From: the human T2T-CHM13v2.0 reference genome, Homo sapiens | DNA: 64,000 nucleotides | Reading direction: 5' to 3' (one strand) | Assembly (NCBI RefSeq): GCF_009914755.1 | Contig: NC_060934.1 | Shown here: in pieces, positions 57,293 through 64,000 of the stretch | How positions within the stretch are numbered: the stretch's first letter is position 1 | Layout: each line of letters begins with the position of its first letter | Translations under genes and position numbers: made by a program | The notes under the pieces: model-generated | What the model saw: the letters and a program-made list of their open reading frames with translations, nothing else | Database searches by the model: none | What the model was told of the DNA's origin: nothing

Positions 57293-57789
57293 TCAGAGCA
57301 GGTGCTCACAGGCGCTTGCCAGGTGAATCGGTTTTGTTTTGCTTTGCATTCGCACAACAACAAAAAAAGGAAAACTACCTTTCTTTCTCCCTGGGTAATT
57401 CATCTTCATCCCATAGAAATATTCCTTACCTTCCATTTCCTGTTCCAACTCCTGGCACTGCTGTCATCAGCATCTTCCTGGCTGGAGACCTGGAGCCATC
57501 TTCGAATCTTCTCTTTATCTTGCCACCTGCATCCAAGAGGTCTATGCGTTCTATAAATTCCTTTTCTGTAACATTTTGTGCATCCGTTCCCTCCTCTTTG
57601 TTCCCATTGCCACTGTATCAGGGAATCATTTTTCACCCAGATGATTTCAGCTGCCTTCTAGGTGGCTGCTGAGTCCCCATTTTCCTTCCAATCCATTCCA
57701 TCCTATGCACTGTGCTAAAATAATTGTCCTAGAGTTCAGCTCTGGCCGTTGCTTACCCTGCAGAAGGCATTAGTACCTTAGTTCACAAA

Positions 57790-58128
57790 GAGCACCCAGC
57801 ACCCTAGCTCTCAGGAACATGGTCAGGGTGCACTTTCGGACTGCCATATTTTTGGAAATATCATGTGTCTGTCACTTCTGGACACGCACACTGAATAGCT
57901 GGAATGAGACCATACAGAGCTCTATTTCCCTTCTTCCACAGTGATCAGTATGCCCCAGAAGGTGTCAACTCCATCAGCCTGAGTTCTGAAGTGAGGATAC
58001 TGTGAATCACCTTTACAGGTGACTTGTGAATATAACAGATGCAACAAGTCAATCTTGAGGTTCTCATCCATTGGGATTTTGTGATTGTTTGTTACTGTAG
58101 CATAACATGGCCCATCCTGACCAAAACA
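57790..58128 (+). mobile_element. MLT1 (H/I/J-like) LTR within L2 sequence (~57400-58340)
   Basis: ctccatcagcctgagt...; 3' ttgtttgttactgtagcataacatggcccatcctgaccaaaaca. Confidence 0.6.
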
Positions 58129-58354
58129 CCCCTACCCAAAGGCTTCAAAGACTGCTGGTTATCCTGAGGCTCAAGGTCAAACACTTTAACCCAGCACTGA
58201 AGGATCTTGATCTCCATCTGCCTTTCCTGCCTGCTGTCCTGGGCTGTCCCCTTCCACGCTCTGCACCTCACCTCACTTCGGCTGGTCATCATTCCCTCAG
58301 ACTCCACCTCCATGCCTCTGCTTGCACGATGCCCTCTTCTTAAAATGTTTTTCC

Positions 58355-58708
<354 letters not shown>

Positions 58709-59139
58709 CTACCCCAAACATCATCATCTAGAAGAAGCTTTTCTTGACTTTTCCTGCCGTGTGCTAGTAATTTCTCCAGTTTCTGTCCTCTGTATCATTT
58801 TCTGTGCTCCTCGGGGTGGGGTGGGGGGTCACCTGTCATGCTGGGCATGCATTAGCATTTCCCATAGTTTCACCGTCCCTCACTAGATTATTAGTTCCGT
58901 GAAGTCTGGGGCTCTATTTGGAACATCTTTTTATCCTCTATAGTGTCTAGGAAAGTGAGTTGTATATAATGATTGGTTGAGAAAAAAGAAACAGACTTGA
59001 AAGACTTCTATCAAGAAAAAAGACCTCAAAGAATTCTATCATGAATGGATTTAAATATATGTGGAAAATGTTCTGGTAATACAGCATTGTGCCAGGATGC
59101 TTTGTAAATACGTTTTTTAAATTTTAACAATAATACATC

Positions 59140-59725
59140 TCATAACTACATTGGAAAACTCACAGTCCTACTAAAACTAAACATGTTTGTCTATGGCTTG
59201 GCTATTCTATTCCTAGGCATATACCCAACAGGAATGCATAAGAATGTTCACTAAAAGACACGCATAAGAATGCTCATAGAAACTCTATTTGTAATATCTT
59301 ATAAGGGGAATCTTTTTAAAAGTCTACAAAGAGTAGAATGGATAAATTAGTTGTGGTTTAATCACCCAATGTACTATAAAATGATGGAAATGAATGACAT
59401 GGAACTTTGTTCAACAGCATGGATGAATCTCACACGCAAATGTTGAACAAAAAAGACTAGACACAAAATAGTAAGATTCTATTCATAGCACTACAAAAAT
59501 TAGTGCCATTAATACACGCTTGTTAGAAGTCAGGAGAGTAATTACTCTCCATGTGAATAGTGAAGGAGGTACAAGGTCTCTGGGAGCTGTTAATGTTCTC
59601 CCTCTTGATCTAGATGCTGGATACATAAGTGCATAATTTGTGAAAATTCATTGTTCTATATGCTTATGATACATGTCTGTATATGCTTGTGATACCCATC
59701 TTATATTATACAGATGTGTATACCA
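59140..59725 (+). mobile_element. L1ME-type 3' region
   Basis: ctattcctaggcatatacccaacaggaatg...caacagcatggatgaatctcac...tcttgatctagatgctgg...tttgtgaaaattcatt. Confidence 0.8.
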
Positions 59726-59727
59726 TA

Positions 59728-60117
59728 CAAATATGGTTTGGATTTGTGCCCCACCCAAATCTCACGTGGAATTGTAATCCCCAGTGTTGGAGGTGGGGCC
59801 TGGTGGGAGGTGATTCGGTCATGGGGGCAGAGTTCCCCCACTTGGTGCTCTTCATGAGAACTGAGAGAGTTATCATGGGATCTGGTTGTTTAAAAGTGTG
59901 TGACACCTCCCCCAGCCCCTTCCTCCTGCTCCAGCCACTTCAGACATGCCTGCTTTCCTTCATCTCCCGCAATGATTGAAAGTTTCCTGAGGACTCCCCA
60001 GAAACTATCACACTTCTTGTACAACCTGTGGAACTGTGAGCCAATTAAACCTCTTTTCTGTATAAATTACCCAGTCTCAGGTATTCCTTTACAGCAATGT
60101 GAGAACAGCCTAATATA
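59728..60117 (+). mobile_element. MSTA MaLR solo LTR
   Basis: atatggtttggatttgtgccccacccaaatctcacg...gtggaactgtgagccaattaaacctctt...cagcaatgtgagaacagcctaata. Confidence 0.92.
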
Positions 60118-60411
60118 TCATACCACAGTGAAAAGTTTTTTTCAAAGAAATGCATGTTTATAAAATTTTACAAAATATAAATAAATGGAAAAAAAAAGAT
60201 CATCTGAACTCTGCAGCCCATACTCATTGTTAACATTGTTCACGTACTCATTATTAACATTGTTCACGTATTCGTATTTCCTTTTAGCCTGTTTTCTATG
60301 TTTTTAAACAACAATAGAGGCACTGTTTCTAGAAGGATCTGGTCTCTGTGCAGCTCAGCCAGTGTGGGACATGCCCCAGATGATCATAGCTGAAAGATGA
60401 CACTGAATTGA

Positions 60412-60777
<366 letters not shown>

Positions 60778-61213
60778 TAATGAGGTTTGAAAAAAATGAA
60801 TGGTATGAAACACGCACACACCTGAGGCTCCTGGATAGCCACTCAACATTGCCTACCCAAAGGACTGGCCTTGGAAGCACAATCTAACATGACCACAGCC
60901 TACAGTGGAATAGATTTCAGTGCCGTGCACTTTCTTGTACAATTCCTTGAGGGTACGAACCATATCTGCTTGTTTGTTACTATATCCCCAAAGTCTGACA
61001 CTGTGTCTGGCACATAGTAGGAACTTAATAAGTAACATATAAATGAATGAATGAGTGTTGAGTAAAGAACCAACTGGTAGCCAACAATATGGTACAATAA
61101 TTTATTTGGTCCATCTTTTATAGTTAGATATTTAAGTATCTTTCTTTTATCTCCTTTGAATGACACTGTCAGGAACCACCTTTATCAGGAATTACACTTA
61201 GCTAAAAACCTGG

Positions 61214-61575
61214 TGTATTAGTCTGTTTTTATGCTGCCGATAAAGACATACCTGAGACTGGGTAATTTATAAAGAAAAAGAGGTTTAATGGACTCTCAGT
61301 TCCACGTGGCTGGGGAGGCCTCACAATCATGGCAGAAGGCAAAAGGCACGTCTTACATGGCAACAGGCAAGAGAGAATGAGAACCAAGCAGAAGGGGTTT
61401 CCCTTTATAAAACCATCAGATCTTGTTAGACTTATTCACTACCACGAGAACAGTATGGGGGAAACTGCCCCCATGATTCAATTATATCCCACCGGGTCCC
61501 TCCCGAAACACATAGGAATTATGGGAGCTACAATTCAAGATGAGATTTGGGCGGGGACATAGCCAAACCATACCA
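61214..61575 (-). mobile_element. THE1B-like MaLR solo LTR
   Basis: tgtattagtctg...ataaagacatacctgagactggg...caagatgagatttggg..gggacatagccaaaccatacca; perfect 5-bp TSD cctgg. Confidence 0.95.
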
Positions 61576-63114
61576 CCTGGTTACAGAGGCTTAAACACAC
61601 AGGGTTTATTCTCTTCTGTAAAGGAACTCTAGATGGGGGCAGCACTATGAAGTCGTTGGAAACACCATCCCCTTCTATCTTCCTCCTCCACCATCCTGAG
61701 CACGTGGCTTCCATCCTCAAGGCTATGACATGGCTGCTGGTTCTTCAAACATGAGAGTAGAATTTCTATGCAGGAAACAGAAGCAGTCCCAAATTGAATA
61801 TGTTCCAACGATGACTAAAAAGCATGGGGTGCTTTTCAACTATCGGCAAATACAAGGGTTGGCAAAACTTTTCAAATTATGTATGAGTTCTGTCTTACCC
61901 ATGGGTCCACCCAGGAAAGAATCATTCTGATAAATCAAATTTTACCACTCCACGAGTAACTAGTATCTCAGTAGCACTGAGATGTGAACTCTGTGAACAG
62001 CCAATCCCTGTTGTAAAAAAGACACAAGAATGTACCTCTTGCACTGCTTATGGAAGCATTCAACTGGGTATAAAGAGTGTACTCAGAATGTGTCTGTGGA
62101 GTTGAGCTGACATGTTTATATCCAGGAAGGAGTGAAGCAGGCCCATTTTGTTGTCAGATCTCCAGCTGTCCTTTGATTCCACTGTGGAACAGACGTTGTC
62201 CTACTGACCTCCTTTAAGTTTCCGCCATGGTATCTGTTCCATGCACTAGCTGATTTTGTTCCCATGAGCTTTTCCAAGTGTACTCCAGGCCTGAACAAGT
62301 GAAGCTTGAGAACCACTTTATTCACTGCTCCCCTGAGGGAATTTCTCCTATTGTGGGCTTTACAAGTGAGATACTTCTAAGAAATGAGGATCAGGTTCCC
62401 ACTGGAAAAGCTGGTGGTAGCAGATTCCTGGACAAGAGAGAATCATTTTGTTTTCCTCTTTTTGTGGTTTTGGTTTTGTTTCTAACAATGAAGCTCTGGT
62501 CACCACCAGTAAACCCATTGGAGGACACTATTTTCTTCCTTCTCTTTCTCACATCACCCAACAAGAAGGAAAAAGAACTACAGGGTGAATGGAAGGTTTT
62601 CCAAGACATTTAGTTTTTCAAAATTTTCTAAAGCAGACCACAAATCACTCTAACTGATTCCAGTTGTAGGACGATGTGAGTCTAAGCTTGGATATACTCT
62701 GCCAAGCAGACTGGGCAAAGTTTTAGCCAAGTCCACATATGGTAGGTGTTCAATAAATAGCTTTTTGATGGATTGGCTGAGTTTCGTTGTGCCAGATCAA
62801 GCAATTTCCAAAGCAAAAAAAAAATTATGACTTTTTCTTTTCCTGTGCTAAAATGTACAGTGTGTACGTTGCTCCACAGGTCCCTGGGACTTGCCTGAAT
62901 ATCTTCCAGTGCAGTGAAATGTTTGATTGGCCCACACTTCGAAAATGTAGTGAGAAATCAGAATATATCACCTTTTCCATTAGACTCTCAGGCCCTATTT
63001 AGTATCCCTAAATCCCATGGGTTCTCCTGCCTTTTGGGTACCTGTAGCCCACTTTGTCTAGAAGGGAAGGTCCTTATCTTCGCAAATAGACATCTATCTC
63101 CCCTTGTAAGCAGG

Positions 63115-63409
63115 TTTTAAAAAATTTTTGAGACAGGGTCTCCCTCTGCTGCCCAGGTTGGAGTGCAGTGGCAAGATCATAGCTCACTGCAGCTTTGAAC
63201 TGCTGAGCTCAACGGATCCTTCCACCTCAGCCTCCCGAGTAGCTGGGACTACAGGCACATGCCACCATGCCTGGCTATTTTTAAATTTTTTGTAGAGACG
63301 AGGTTTCATAGTGTTGCCCAGGCTGGTCTTGAACTCCTGGCCTCAAGTGATCCTTCCGCCACCTCTCCCAAAGTGCTGGGATTACAGGCATGAGCCACTA
63401 CCCCTGGCC
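63115..63409 (-). mobile_element. AluJ
   Basis: gatcatagctcactgcagc...gttgcccaggctggtcttgaactcctggcctcaag. Confidence 0.93.
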
Positions 63410-63440
63410 ACATCAATGGTCTTAAAATAAGCTCATAAGC

Positions 63441-63798
<358 letters not shown>

Positions 63799-64000
63799 TC
63801 AGAGACTTCATTACCACACACGCAAAAAGCACCTCATCATGGACGAGCCCAGGGAGGAGGCCACCATCTCTCTTGCTGGTCTGGAGCCTACATGTTGCTC
63901 TGCCAACCCGGTTGGCTGGCTTCATTCCTCCTCTGCCCCTGGACTCTTGCTCAACCACCCCTACTGCCAACAAGACTGGTTGGCTGGGCCCCTGTTTCTC

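Overview
Primate, very probably human, genomic DNA with no recognisable protein-coding gene, RNA gene, CpG island or prokaryotic element. It is a large intron or intergenic interval dominated by interspersed repeats: about 36 Alu copies or fragments (J, S, Y and monomers, many with visible target-site duplications, TSDs), 5'-truncated L1 pieces, MaLR/ERVL/ERV1 solo LTRs (MLT1, MST, THE1B, MLT2A, LTR16, MER39), MIR/L2 relics, hAT MITEs, an ~800-bp (CCAT)n tract and several microsatellites. The listed ORFs are best explained as repeat-derived or chance. I could not identify the locus and found no convincing novel system. The best leads are: a ~145-bp non-tandem local duplication carrying a perfect NF-kB palindrome, with one copy split by an AluY; a well-formed 18-nt minus-strand microexon candidate; a few strong plus-strand non-coding exon candidates; a template-switch-like nested inverted repeat; a THE1B LTR with an intact DUX4-type site; and motif-dense unique segments that may be enhancers. 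Repeat subfamilies were assigned by eye from remembered consensus features and boundaries are approximate.
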